This document shows, one piece after another, positions 29,328 to 44,747 of a stretch of 64,000 bases of DNA. Where the stretch lies: NCBI RefSeq assembly GCF_009914755.1, contig NC_060926.1; one strand, given 5' to 3'. The first letter of the stretch is position 1, and the number at the start of each line of letters is the position of its first letter. A model generated the notes under the pieces. That model was not told the DNA's origin and ran no database searches. It was given only the letters and a program-made list of their open reading frames with translations. The position numbers and the translations under genes are program-made. The stretch comes from the human T2T-CHM13v2.0 reference genome, Homo sapiens.

Positions 29328-29761
29328 CTATTTGGTCCTACTATGTGATAGGCATTGTGATACACAAGGTAAATAAGACAGAAATAGTTCCTACCCTACC
29401 TCCTGAAATAAAGTCATTGAATGACTATTCATAACACTGTGTTGGGCACATCAGAAGATAGAAAGGGGAAGACATAGGCCTTGTATAGAAATCCTCAGAT
29501 TTATAACTGAATTGTCATGAATATATATATATATATTAGAAACAGTGATCATTTTCCAAACTGAGCATTTCTGCCACATTTATTTTCATGACATGATAGT
29601 TGTTTTTCTTCTTGAGCAAAAAGGAGCATTTCATCCTTATGAAAAGATTCTCATATAAGAGTGCACTTTGCTACTTCAATAAGGACACTTTTAGCTGTGA
29701 GTTTAAAAGAAAAAGAAAAAAACTTCTACAGCAATTAAACAATAAGCAAATGTATCGTCCA

Positions 29762-30073
<312 letters not shown>

Positions 30074-30769
30074 TCAGACCTCTGACTCAGGTGCTCCGCC
30101 CGCCTCTGAATATCGGAGAGTTTTGTTTTTTTGTTTGTTTCATCAAACTGTTTCTCTCCTAATTGGGCTGTATGTAGCAACCGAAAAATTACGTTCCCTT
30201 GTTCATGAAAGTTGAAGATAGGGAAGACTACTCACTTCAACTCTTCACCCATAGAATTAAAGACCTTTTGAGCCAACTCAGGTCTTAGGTCCATCCCTGG
30301 ACCAATAACAGTTGCCAGAGTAATACAATGTACTGATTGGCTTAACCCTGAGTTCCTGAACTAATCACAAACTAGAAGGATGCAATTACTCTGATGATAA
30401 ATCAAAACCCATTCCTGGTTCTGGAAATGGAAACAGACTCTGTCTGAGTCACAAGGGCTGCTTTGGAGAGAGCAGACTAATCAAAATTGGGGTCTACTAG
30501 AAAGGTCTGGTTGCTGTGAAGCAACCAACGATAACTTGTCCATATAAACAACAGGAAGTAAGCCACAGAAGTACCGTTGTTTGACCTCAAACTCTGTACT
30601 CATTCCAAGTGTAATGGAACTTATTAGGTAATAAGTGTTTCATTTTCTTTTAGCTTTGTACCAGATCTCAAGTAAAAAGCAAAAACAAATTTTAAATGTT
30701 GTGAAGAATAAGAATCTGATAGAAGTTTATAGAGGCTTGGAGAACTACCAGTGCATCTTTTAAAATTAT

Positions 30770-30910
30770 GTATCGGAACTTCTCTTACTTACAGAGAAAG
30801 AAACTGAGGCCCAAAAAAGTGAAGTGACTTGCTCAAGGTCACCCTTCTAGTTAGGCAGAATATAGAACCACAGCTATCTCACACCGCATTGCAACTTTCT
30901 CTACCCCATA
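30770..30910 (-). mobile_element. MIR
   Basis: gaaactgaggccc..aagtgacttgctcaaggtcac. Confidence 0.75.
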
Positions 30911-31313
30911 CTGTCCCAAATTAACCTCGAGTAATATCTGGAATGCAACTTTCTTGGAACAAATAACAATTTTAATATTCGACATGCTTGAATTTGCGGA
31001 CAGTAATATTTTCATAAATTTCCAAACACTTAAGTATACATGATGCCATTTAATATCCCAACATCCCTAGTAGGTAGGCAGACATGTAGGCTATTTCCAT
31101 TTTATAGCAAAATGGAACAGGCTGCTCAATGCATAGCCAGGCCTAGTACTTTTTCTAACTTTCTTTTTCCTGATTCATATTTCCCTGCAGCAACATTGGT
31201 GCAAGTGATACTTTTCTCAGTAGCTGAGGAATTTCCTAGCCACACATTGCAGGGCCCGGGGGTGTGCAGGAGGGAAAGTTGTTTGAAAATTCTACTTTTC
31301 CATCTGTTCCCAG

Positions 31314-31589
31314 AACTGGAATGAAATGACAGAGTTGGTCTCCTCCAACGGCAATTACTGCAATTACCGCAAGGCCTTTGCCGACTGCGATGGCTTCAAA
31401 ATCCCCATCCTTGGAGTACACTTGAAAGACTTGATAGCTGTCCATGTCATTTTCCCAGACTGGACAGAGGAGAACAAAGTGAACATTGTGAAAATGCACC
31501 AGCTCTCCGTTACCCTGAGTGAACTAGTCTCCCTGCAGAATGCCTCTCACCACTTAGAACCCAACATGGATTTGATCAACCTGCTCACG
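31314..31589 (+). CDS. RASGRP3: Coding exon 8 (NWNEMTELVSSNGNYCNYR...INLLT), CDC25
   Basis: ttcccag| ... ACG|gtgagt; IPILGVHLKDL motif. Confidence 0.97.
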
Positions 31590-31839
31590 GTGAGTTCCAA
31601 GGAGCCAAGTTTGGGCTCAATAATTCTTCTGCACCTTTCTTTCCAGGAGACACAGGAAGATGTGTGCCAGCAATTCATTCTGGGGGAAAATTGGTTTCAG
31701 AGTCAATAGATGAGAGGAAATCTCATAGAACAAGGGAAAAGGAGCCCTGATTAATATTTTCCATAACCAGCAAATCTTGGGGCAAAGAAATCTACCTTTG
31801 TTCGGAGGGGCCCAGTCTCTGCCATATGACTCCACTTCT

Positions 31840-32450
31840 GGAGTTCTTAGGCTCCTCCAGACTGTGCCTCAGCCCTCACTCTCCTTCACCACATTCATCC
31901 AACTTATCACATCCTTCTGTATGTCCTCCAGTCATCTGCTCCTCTTTATCCTCACTGCACTGCTTTGGCTGAAGCCTGGAGTAATGCAAGGACCTTATCT
32001 GTGATCCCCCTGTTCCCATTATGAACCTCCCAAACCTCCAGGATGTAGTTTACAGTCTGGCATTCGAGGTTCTTGAAGACTCAGTCTCCAACCTTCTTTG
32101 CCATCACCCTATCCCACATTTTACCAGCCTTTGAGAAATATTGAACTTCTTATACTTTCCACCCCATGAAATGCTGTCTTCTGCTTCCTGGCCTTTGGAC
32201 TTGCTTGGAGAATCCCATCCCAACCCATCCATGTGGCAAGTTCAATTTCAAAAGCCTGTCTTTCTGGAGCATTCTCTCTCCCCCTCCAAAGCAGTCATGC
32301 ATCTGTCACATCACCCTGGCACTTTATATTTTCCTTAACTATAGGAGGTATCACTCTTTATTCGATTTTTATCTGTTTATCTGCCTTACATATCATATGC
32401 CTAGCACCTCTCACAGTTCCTGGCATATTTGGGAACTCAATAAATGAACT
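31840..32450 (+). mobile_element. L2 fragments
   Basis: cacagttcctggcata..ctcaataaat tail. Confidence 0.55.
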
Positions 32451-33389
32451 GCATGCTGTATTTAGGAATGATGTGACTTAGACAAAAGAAGTTCACCTAC
32501 CACTCATAGTTTTTTGGCATTTGTGGCACACATGTTTAGCTGGTCTCTGCATCCTAGAACTTTTAGACACAACGGTGTATAGAAGAGAACATTTCCCACT
32601 GGCTGCTGCTTTGTGGGAAGAAGAGGCATAACAAAATTCACTCACCCTTCCTTAAACAAAAGTAGAGGTGCAACTTCCCTGTTTGGGTTTATAACACTGT
32701 AGCATCTGAAACTCAGCTGCAATACTGAATTAACTGTTTTCCTTGTATGGCTGTGGAAAATGAAACCAATAACTCCTCTTAATTTCTGAGAGCCTAAATC
32801 CCCTAGGTCTGCTGCATTGGAATAGGAGTGTGGTTTCTCGCCCTTCTCACAAACTGTTCCTAGACCATGTAATTGTTTACCAAAGAATAAACCCCTAAGT
32901 GTAGGCAATAATGCAGCTATACCCTTCAAATAAAGCAGAAGTGGCCAACACACAGAAACACAGATCTCTTAAAGTTGAGTTTTTGTGACAAATAGTAAAT
33001 ATACAGACTTTCTCTACTGGGGGCAGGGAACGCAACTCACAATAATCCAAGCACCTGCATTTATTAATGATTTGCCATGTAAATCTGTTTCCATGAATAA
33101 GTGATCAGAGTTGCAGCCCCAGTCAGACTGCAGACCTACAGCCACAGGTGATGTCTGCAGACCAGTCTCCATGTGGAGCCTAGGCTTCCAGTGTCTGTGT
33201 CCAAGCTGTCCACGATGTCAAGCATAACTTCAGAGAGCAGGTGCCTACCCTTGGGCAATTTCTCATAGAGCTAAAAGATAATAATGGGGTAGGGAAATTA
33301 ATTTGAGTTATAAATGAAACAAGCAATGTTATGACAAAGAAATATTTAGAGGAATATTGAAGGATTTTCAATAAAATTTCAGGAGTACT

Positions 33390-33695
<306 letters not shown>

Positions 33696-35749
33696 CAGGA
33701 GTACAAATGAAAAAAATCTGAACTCTAGAAATAAAGGCTAAGAAAAAAATTCCTTTTTGCTGGGGAGGAATCTTTCTCTCTCTGTCTCATATTGAAGGAA
33801 AACTTAGAAGCCATCAAGCACTGTATTTAGTAACTGCAGTGTTGGGTAGCATAGTGTAGTGGCAAAATCCTAGATGTGAGACCTTGCTTTCAGCCTTCCC
33901 TCAGCAGTTGCTTGGTTTTGTCTCCTTGCTAACAGCCTTGACTTTGGCTTTTTTTAAACAAGGGTTTTATGCTCATTTGTGAGGTCTTTTCCAGCTCTAA
34001 ACTTCTAGGATTCTAGATGTAAGAACCAGTGGAGCCTTAAGAATAAGGAACCAAGAGTCAACTTGATTCTGTAGTACCAGCCCAATAGCTCATCACGATA
34101 GCACAATCCTGTGTATGAGTCACCAAACTTCCAGTCAAGATCCTTTCTCTGTCCCCACAGCCAAGAAGAAAGTTTAGTGCATAGCAGTATACATTCCTTC
34201 TTCCTGACTCCTGAGGATTAATCTCCTCAACATGAGGACTGAGGAGGCTTCCATCTTGTGGTCACTAGAGCCCAGCGGCCATTTTAGGAAGCACACACAT
34301 ATCTGGATTAGACCCATATGGCTGACCACAGCTGCCCCAATGCATGCGAAGGCATCCACATGCCAGCATTGGAAGGGGTGATTCATTTTGCCTCAGGACT
34401 CTAAATTTTCTCCTGAAGTGATTGTTTTCATCTAAACATGGCTCCAGCTGAGGTCGCCTGTATATGATGGACAGCCCTGGAGGACAGAAAAAGAGAACCC
34501 TTATGTTCATCAACAATTATGAAATGCCTACTCCGTGTGGTAGGCTGTAGGGCAGTGCTTTAACTTTCTGTAATAGTTAATTACAGTTTTCACAGCACTT
34601 TTCACATACGTTTCCTCAGTAAATTCTCACACATACCCTGCAATGCAGCCTGGGCAGGGCTGTGAGTGTAACATCACCCCTGCCCCTTCCTTTTTTTTTT
34701 TTTTTTTTTTTTTTAAACTAAAGAAGAAACTGAGATTTACAAAGGACAGGGAGCAAACTTCTGCATCCCAGCCTGGGCCGGGTTCCCCTCAAATGGACAT
34801 TTGCTCTCTCATGTGGGCACACTGCTGACATCTCATTTATTTCACATCTGTAAAAATTAATTAATACTGCTCTCTCCTCCTCTTCATGATGTGCAGTAAA
34901 GGAAGTAATTACAGGACAAAATCTGTGAGGGTGGGGGCTATGTTTGTCATTTTTGTCATTGTATCCTTGGCCCCTTGAATACGGCACCAGGCCTGTTGAG
35001 GGAAGGAGGACCACGCCACCAAACTGTTGGGATTTGTATTGTTCCTCCTTTCAGGGAATATCTGGAGAGGACATTTGCCTTACATCCCAATTCACGTAAC
35101 CAGGAGTTTTAAAAGCTGATGCTTCTGTTGCGTGGGGTATGAAATAGTTTGAATCTTTTCATGGTATTTTTAGCCCTATCAGTTACTTTTACCATTTTGA
35201 GTACATGCAAATAACTGGAAAGCCCCTGTATTTTTAATTTTAGTCTCATTTTTAAAAAAGAAGAAGAAGAATAAGAAGAGTTTCAAAAATGGTGAGTAGA
35301 GGCAGTCTGATGTCCAGGTGTGTTTTATTTTATGATAAACAGTCAAGCCAATGTAGATCCTAATGAAGACTGAATCTGCAACCAACTTTGCTGAAAGGAT
35401 AGGTTGGTAAATGCAACAACTTGAAACAGTGGATAAGAACATTTGTCAGAAAAAAACAGCCAGGCTCAAAATATGTTTGACAAGAGCAAATGTTCTTGAA
35501 ATTCCATTGATGAGCAGCCCATATTATAAAAAAGTTGTGCAGAAAGTAGAACAGATCACCCTTTGGGCAGGTCCGTAAAGCCCAGAGGAGATCTGAGAGA
35601 GGAAGTAGAATCGTGACTGGGAAAGAAGAGATGCTAGGAGTAACCCCGAGGGCAGCTTTACATTCACGGATAAGCACAGTGGCATTTGACTCGTGCATTG
35701 ACTGGAAGCCAAACCCTGCATTTGTGACCTTCTAAACAAACCTTAGTCA

Positions 35750-35900
35750 GACACCCATTAGCTCATTTCATCTTCACCATCGTTCTTGGAGGCAGCTATT
35801 ATTTATGATTCCCATTTCACAGATCAGGAGACTGAGACTCAGGAAGGTTAACTGCATGCCCAGGCTCACACTACTAATAAGCAGAGAGTGAGTATTTGGA
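35750..35900 (-). mobile_element. MIR
   Basis: cccatttcacagatcaggagactgagactcag. Confidence 0.7.
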
Positions 35901-36319
35901 GACTACCAAAACATTTCCATCGCTGAGCCAGTTATCCATTTGACACATGGAAATACCCAAGGGTGTTCTGGTTCTCTTGAGAGAGCATCTCCTTGCCTTA
36001 CTGTGTGGCTTATTTGGATTCTTGGTTGGCTGTGGTAGTGCTTCTGTCATCTCATCTCCAGCAGATGCTGGTGCCAGTCATCACAGGACTTGGAAGCTGA
36101 GTCAGGAGGAAGGGAACATGCTCCTCCAAGTCTGCACTAACTCCTGATAACAGGGAATTCAGAAGGAAGGAGTCACTTGGTTTTCTCTCTTTATTTATGT
36201 AACCTTCACAGTGCGAGGCTTCAAGCTGGGACTCAGGGTACAGAGGTGCAAAAGACAGATGTGCTGCCCACTTTCATGAGGCTTAGAGCCTGGCACAGTT
36301 GTCTGTTGTGGGAATTACA

Positions 36320-36560
36320 AAATAGTAGGCAACTGCCCACGGCTGATGTATTTTATTTGGCCCATACGGAATCCTAAACTTTTGTCGTTGTTAGTTCCCA
36401 GTGTTTGAAAATTGGGATAGTTTATCTAAAACTCCAGATTTCTGGCTTCTCTTAACAAATCAGAAGACTTGGCAACTCAAGGTCCAACGTTAGGCTGACA
36501 GCAATTTGTCATCACTGAGCAGTGATGTTCATCACAAACCGCACCTCTCCCTGTGACTTC
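36320..36560. mobile_element. Old hAT-Charlie-like DNA transposon remnant
   Basis: ccagatttctggcttctctt..cagaagacttggcaac. Confidence 0.5.
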
Positions 36561-37639
36561 CCTAACAGAGAGTGGTGTCAGGTCCCACTTATCATCACAC
36601 ATTTTTTTTTATTGTGGCGCTAAGGGGAAAGATCCCTAAATAAATTACATCTGCAAAGACTCTGTTTTCCAAATAAGAAGTTTCTATCAAAATGTACCTT
36701 TTACGCATCCTACTTGGCTCTTTTATATAATGGTATGGCTCCCAAAGGCATTTGTTTGTGACATGCGGATGTTTCCTTTCCTGTAAAAAGGCAGAGCCTG
36801 GGAGGTGGGAGTGATTACTGTTCAGGGGAAGGTGAATACGATGTCTCTTCTTTGTAAGCAGGATTGTCATGATCTTGAAATGATACTGGGGAGATTTTAC
36901 AGTTAAGTCAGTTTTATTTTGTTTAGAAAAAAAACTTTGTGACAAAGTGCAGGTAAAAGAAACGTGACCTGATTATGAAGTCCTTAATTTAAATGTTATA
37001 TTCAAGCAGCTGCTAGAACAGTGACTAGAACAATCCCTGACACATAGTAGATTACTGATAAATATTTGTTGAATGAATGATTTGAAAATGAAATTTTATG
37101 ACACCAACTTCATTTTTAAAGGAAGTAGAACAGGAAAAGGAATCTTTGAAAACATCTTCGCCTCTGAGTTTTCTCTGGCTTCCTCCTTCTTTCTTTTCCC
37201 CCACACTCCACCTCATACACATGTTAGATAAAATATGTTAAAGAAAACTTTTCATTCCTACATGGTCAAAGAAGGGAGCCCGCACTGGTTATGTTCATGG
37301 CCAGGGAAGTGATGTGATTCATTGAGTGTCCTAGCTTTAAAGGACTAGGTGAGAATGGTTCAGGTTTATTTTAAGCCTCATGACTTCTGTTTTAGGTGAG
37401 TGGAAACATGCACTGTAAGGCTTTACAGAGTTTATCCATGTTCTCCAGCCTGGATCTGTGTTGTTGTCCTTGCCTACAATGATCTTCCTCTCTCTTTTGT
37501 CCAAATTAAGTCCCAATCCTCCTGGTTAAGTCCCAATTCACAAGGACCTCCATGAATCCATCCTGATCATTTCTGTCTCCAGGGCCCCTATGCATAGTAA
37601 TAATATAACTAATAACAAATGCGATAATAACAGTAACAT

Positions 37640-37905
37640 TAACACTATAAAATAACACTTCTTGAGATTTTATTGTGTACCAGGTCCTGTGTGAAATACT
37701 TTACATGCATTATTTCATTTGGTCCTGACACAAATCCAACTCAGTAGGGACTTTTATGATCATTTCCATTTTCCAGATGCAGAAACTGAGTGTCAGAGAG
37801 GAAATTACTTGCTAAAGGTTACAGAGCTAGCCAGTGGCAGGCTGCATGCTTGAACCCAGCCCTGCCTGACCACACAGCCTCTGCCCTCGTGTATTTACTA
37901 TGCTG
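37640..37905 (-). mobile_element. MIR
   Basis: cattttccagatgcagaaactgag. Confidence 0.8.
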
Positions 37906-38514
37906 CCTCCCTGATTTCTGACCGGTTCCTGGAGCACTTAAAGTGGAGCAACTACTTCACACTCAGCATGTGCTGTTTTATTGCTACGAACACATCTTTT
38001 TAGGTTCAGGCCCTGTTTATTCAAATAAATTATCAGGGCCTTGAGGGCAAGAAATGATTTTATATCAGCTTGCCTCACTAGGACTTAGCACAATGCTCTC
38101 AAATAATAGGAGCCTAGTTAACTGCTCCTTTATTTCAACAGTTCTTTAATCAAACTTCAAAGGCAGCATTTATTACATTTACAAGTCTTATTGTTTGCAT
38201 CTGTCCCCACTTCCAGCCTGGAAACATCACATATCCCTCATCCGTGACTCAGCACTGAGCACCTGGGAGCTGCTCAGTAAATATTGCTGAGGAATTGAGT
38301 TGATGGTTCTCGTCAATACTGATGATTAACCAGGATTAACGTTTTCTCTTTTAAATTTCATTTTCCATCTCTGCGTGCCGTCTTTTTATTGTTCTGCATT
38401 TACTCAAATTATTAGACAGTGAACTTAAAACATTCAACTTGAAAAAAAATTCAGCAACGTAAATAAATAAATAAATGTAATCCGACATTTTTATCCCTTC
38501 TAATTTTGTTGTAG

Positions 38515-38592
38515 CTTTCCCTGGACCTCTATCACACTGAAGATGATATTTACAAACTGTCACTGGTGCTGGAGCCTAGAAATTCTAAATCG
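38515..38592 (+). CDS. RASGRP3: Coding exon 9 (LSLDLYHTEDDIYKLSLVLEPRNSKS), end of CDC25
   Basis: gttgtag| ... TCG|gtaggt; 78 nt. Confidence 0.96.
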
Positions 38593-38715
38593 GTAGGTAT
38601 TATTTTCTCTCCAAGGATCAGTACCAATCACTATTTTTTGTCATGTACAGTAATTGGCTATTACAATGCTGCTTTATGTTCTAAAACGGAAGAATTTTAA
38701 AAATTGACATTATTC

Positions 38716-39032
38716 TTTCTTTTTCTTTTTTCTTTTTTGAGGCGGAGTCTTGCACTGTTGCCTGGGCTGGAGTGCAATGGTGCGATCTCGGCTCACTGAA
38801 ACCTCCGCCTCCTGGGTTCATGTGATTCTCCTGCTTCAGCCTCCCAAGTAGCTAGAATTATAGGTGCACACTGCCACACCCAGCAATTTTTTTTTTTTTT
38901 TTTTTTGTATTTTTAGTAGAGATGGGGATTTCACTATGTTGGCCCCGGCTGGTCTCGAACTACTGACTTCATGATCCGCTTGCCGTGGCCATTACAGGCT
39001 TGGATTACAGGCATGAGTCACCACGCCCGGCC
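38716..39032 (-). mobile_element. Alu
   Basis: TSD cattattc. Confidence 0.93.
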
Positions 39033-40212
39033 ATTATTCCCATTTTATCAATGGGACAGCTTAGCCCTGTCAGTTTGAGAATTATGTCTTCATACCAGAG
39101 GCTAATAAAGAGGAAGAACATCATTCTCATTACTCTGTTTTATAATTGATCTTCTATTTGTTGTGTTCCTGCTAAGAACTCATTACACCTAGGACCAAAA
39201 AGAAAGGAAAGGAGTAATAACTCATCTTAATGTTAAAGATCATTTAGACTGTTTCAGGCTTTAAAAAAGCTCCATTCAACATAAAATTAGATTTAAAATT
39301 TTAAACATCTCGATCATAATTTACAAATTTCTCTACTAACCATTGATTCAACTCAGAATTTGGATGTCACATTGGATGGTGTCTCACTTAATAGATGGCA
39401 AACGCTTAGTAAATAAACATTATATAATGAGATTGAAGAAATTGCATTATTGAATATACACCACTCATTGGTTTTAGTGGATGGACTATATTTTAGATAT
39501 GCTTTGCACTAATACAAAATGCCTGGATGAGTTTAAAATTTATAATGAGGTTGAGGCTTGCATGTTGAAGATAAAATGCCTATGCTTGCTTCTTATAATC
39601 ACATCTTGAGATCAGTTCTCTTATAAAGATCTCATCCTTACCAGCTGAACTCTGTAACATATTGGCAGTGACTATGCCCCCTAAGTTTATTAATACCTAC
39701 TGTGATTCTGAACCCTCAGACCGAAAGAGACAGAATGGCAGTGAGAGCCGTCCTCTGGCCCTGGCAGGGCATGCACTTGAGCCTGAGTCAGCTGACCTGG
39801 TAGCATCTGTTCTTAAAATAGTGCATATGCTTCCATGAGCATGTTCTCCTTCCTGCCAGTCCCCAGAGGCTCATCTCCTGGAAATACTGCAGAACAGAGC
39901 CACGTGGGATGATATGGCACATGCAATGGTAGGAGTGAGGACCCAGACTCTTTAAAGCTAGCAAGAGTAAGAAAGCTAGCAAGAAAGCCAAAGCTATTGA
40001 AAACCAAAAAGGAATTTGTAAGCCCCTCCCTAATTCTGTAGTTTTGTCATGACGAACCTGGCCATGGTGTATTAAGCCCTATTGTATGTGTGCATACAGA
40101 ATTTCCACCTCTTGACACCAATTAGGCACCAGAATTGCTTCCAGTTGTTGAATGCCTGGCAGAGCATCATACACAGGTTATCTTATTAACTCCGTTAAGA
40201 AAACTAGGTCTG

Positions 40213-40550
40213 GGCCAGGCACAGTGGCTCACACCTGTAATCCCAGCACTTTGGGAGGCCGAGGCAGGCAGATCACTTGAGGTCAGGAGTTTGAGACCAG
40301 CCTGGCCAACATGGAGAACCTTGTCTCTACTAAAAATACAAAAATTAGCCGGGCATGCTAGCATGTGCCTGTAGTTCCAGCTACTTAGGAGGCTGAGGTG
40401 GGAGGATCACTCGAATCCAGGAGGCAGAGGTTGCAGTGAGCTGAGATCACGCCACTGCACTCCAGGCTGGGCAACAGAGCAAGACTCCATCTCAAAAAAA
40501 AAAATTTAAAAAAGAAAAAAAAAAAAAACGACAGAAAGAAAAAAGAAAGA
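40213..40550 (+). mobile_element. Alu inside a MIR
   Basis: TSD aagaaaactaggtctg. Confidence 0.95.
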
Positions 40551-40936
40551 AAACTAGGTCTGGTGAGAGTAGGTATCTCACTCGGATCAAACAGCTGCTA
40601 AGTTGGAGAGCTGGGATTCAGTGTCAGGCCTGTCTTCCATCCCAGTGATGTTTCTACCATCCCTCATCTCAGGGACAACTTAGGAATAGCCATTTTACCA
40701 CACTTGCCTGCCTTGTGTGCCTTTAGTTTTACTTTAGTTTATTTTCAGGATCTTTTTTTTTTCCAATTTTAGGAGATATTTCCATCAAACATAGAAAAGT
40801 CTTTTTATTTGTTGTAAGAGTAGAAGCTTTTGAAAGTCCCTTCTAAGTGCTAAAATCCTACGAATCTAACACAAGACATTTCCCAGTCTCTTTCTGTCTC
40901 TTCTCTAAGTGGAGTGTCAGCCTATTTGACATGTCC

Positions 40937-41346
40937 TGTTGAGATGGGAGAGTTCCCTGGATCCCTTCACTGAGACTTGCGACAGAGGTGTGGCCACATT
41001 CAAGCCCTTTGCTGGAGGGGAACATACAGACAAGTGGGTGCCGGCGTGGGGGCCGGGGAGAGTGCTTTTGGGCTCTGGCCCCAAGACAGCATCTAGGGGT
41101 GTGTTACAGTTAATGCTCTTTTAGCAGTTGCTGTCCATGGATGGCTAAGTCTTAACCAGCTCAGTGGAGAGTCAGGGTGACAGCCTTTTACACCCTACCT
41201 TCTTGGTACCTGAGTCCTTGTCTGGCATCTAAGAAGAATCAGGTCACATGGACTTGAAGGATGGTGAAGGCAGAGGTTTTATTGAATGACAGAGGTGGCT
41301 CTTAGCAGGATGGGGAGCTGGAAAGGGGATGGAGTGGGAAGATAAT
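40937..41346 (-). mobile_element. MER52-like ERV1 LTR, truncated
   Basis: gagatgggagagttccc..gacttgcgacag..; agaatcaggtcac..gacttgaaggat. Confidence 0.75.
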
Positions 41347-41400
41347 TGTATTAGGGTTCTCTTAGAGGGACAGAACTAATAGGATATATATATATATATA
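41347..41400 (-). mobile_element. MLT2A-like ERVL LTR terminus followed by (TA)n
   Basis: tgtattagggttctcttagagggacagaactaatagga. Confidence 0.75.
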
Positions 41401-41402
41401 TC

Positions 41403-41491
41403 TCAAAACTCCTGTGCTGATCAGTAGTGAGATGGTGCCTGTGAATAACCACTGCACTCCAGCCTGGGCAACATAGTGAGACCCTGTCTCT
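41403..41491 (+). pseudogene. 7SL (SRP) RNA retrocopy, 3' fragment
   Basis: tcaaaactcctgtgctgatcagtagtg is 7SL sequence absent from Alu/FAM, followed by the 7SL 3' end. Confidence 0.85.
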
Positions 41492-41496
41492 AAAAT

Positions 41497-41542
41497 ACAC
41501 ACACACACACACACACACCCCCCCCCCACACACACACACACA
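41497..41542. repeat. (CA)n-poly(C)-(CA)n
   Basis: Direct reading. Confidence 0.9.
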
Positions 41543-41564
41543 AGTATATATATCTATAAATGTA

Positions 41565-41862
<298 letters not shown>

Positions 41863-42417
41863 TAAATATAAATTAAAAAGAAAAGATAGAAAAAAATAGA
41901 TTTGCATGTGTGCACCAGCAAAAATGTTGACATTTTATGAAGGTTTCAGGGAGAGGATATAAAGTGAACACCAGTCTTGGCTGGTCTCCTGAAAGGATTG
42001 TGTTCTGTGCTTGTGTTATCCAAGCATGTTATGCATTGTGCTACCATCTTCCCCACAACTTTATATGCAAATGTCTTGTAAGAATGCAGAAAAATCTGTG
42101 GAGAAAGAAAGTTCACCAAAGAGGGCCAGAGAGACCTAATGATTGGCAGAACAGTCAGAAGTGCTTAAGCGTATTGAGCAAGGTGCAGACGTAAGGACAT
42201 AAACTTGGCCACCCACTGGTACCCATTTGCTGCATGCACCATAACTGATCACTAAGTATTAGAGAATTAGATAACTGGTGTTTTTGTATCCTGTATTACA
42301 CAAAAATCCATGATGGATTGTTATATAAAAGTTTTAGTGATATTTGGAGAACTCGGATAGGATTTTTGGATGGACTGGGAGCGCATTGCTTTTTTCCCAT
42401 TTAAAATAATGGAATTT

Positions 42418-42799
<382 letters not shown>

Positions 42800-42954
42800 T
42801 TAGATTCCATTAACATAAGATGCTTGTTTTATAAGCATTTAATAGCTATATAAATGTAAGTTTCTACTGGTATTATGAATATACAAAACTTATTCATTCT
42901 TCTCAGTGTCCCTGGTCCTAGTTGTTCAAGGCCCCAGTTAATGTTGAAAAATAT

Positions 42955-43284
<330 letters not shown>

Positions 43285-43291
43285 TTATCAG

Positions 43292-43408
43292 CAGCCTACC
43301 TCCCCTACGACGCCCAACAAGCCTGTGGTACCCCTGGAGTGGGCATTAGGGGTGATGCCAAAGCCAGACCCCACGGTCATCAACAAGCACATAAGGAAAT
43401 TAGTGGAG
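43292..43408 (+). CDS. RASGRP3: Coding exon 10 ([11 protein letters not shown]...RKLVE); alternative start 43295 (NAGNAG)
   Basis: tttatcag|cag| tandem acceptor; donor GAG|gtaagt. Confidence 0.96.
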
Positions 43409-43917
43409 GTAAGTGGCTGAGGGAGAATAAAGAGAGGGCACTAGAAGACCCTTTCTCTTTCCAGAATGTTCTGCGATTGTCCAGGAATCTGATGGAACCC
43501 CTGAAAACAACCCTCTGGCAGGTAGGAACAATTTAGCAGGCACTTAGTCCTACCAGGCATTGGGTCCTGGGGAGAGTCGATCAGAAAGGCCCTTTTCCCT
43601 TTGTTGTCTCTCTTGCCCAGATACTCTCAGCCAGTTCCAGCTCCTCTCTTTCACAGGCATTTGCCACCTCTGTCATTGTCAACAGCTCAAGGGATTGGGG
43701 ATTAGAATCACTCATGAAAAACCCACATAGTTCCCACTAAGATGCCCAATAAATTGATTACCCAAGGGCAGGAAAGAAATCCTGTAAGTTGGATAGTTTC
43801 TCCTTTTGTATAGTTTTGGAATTTTATGACACAGCAGCCGGATGTTATTGAGATTAGAAAAATCACCTAATGTAGGACAAGGCTCTGTCAGAGTTTTCCG
43901 TGTAGAAAAAAGAGTAG

Positions 43918-44285
<368 letters not shown>

Positions 44286-44710
44286 CTACTTTAATGGATT
44301 GGTAGGTACATCTGCTGGTGCAACAGAATTGAGTCTTTGGGATAGAATGTGCTTTTTGCTGGGAGAAGATATTTAAAGAAAAAGAAAGAATGTCTTACAT
44401 CTTGGATAATTCAGAAAACTAGGAGGTGCTGAAAGAAAAATTTTGCGGAGTGTGTTAGGCAGGCAGGAAAATGGTGGTGCCAAGAGGAATATTAGTGAGG
44501 GAAGGGCTGAGAAGGAGATAAGGTCCAGTGGAGCCCGTGGTAGTAACAGACCCAGCTTGGAGCTGGGGAAGGTGAGAAAAGGATCCAGGGGTCCCCAGGG
44601 AATGCAAGGACTGAGCTGCAGCTCAGGAATGTCTGAAGCCAGGAAATAGAAGGCAGAGCTGTTCCCTCTCCCAGTCTCATTCTACATACTGACTTCCTCA
44701 GTCCACATGC

Positions 44711-44716
44711 GGAATT

Positions 44717-44747
<31 letters not shown>

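Noticed and set aside
34961-34968. GTATCCTT U12-donor-like motif
   Set aside because: Deep intronic, no exon or partner branch site; expected by chance
44592-44601. EBF1-like TCCCCAGGGA (also at 60788)
   Set aside because: About one 8-bp match expected per window; not distinguishable from chance without ChIP data
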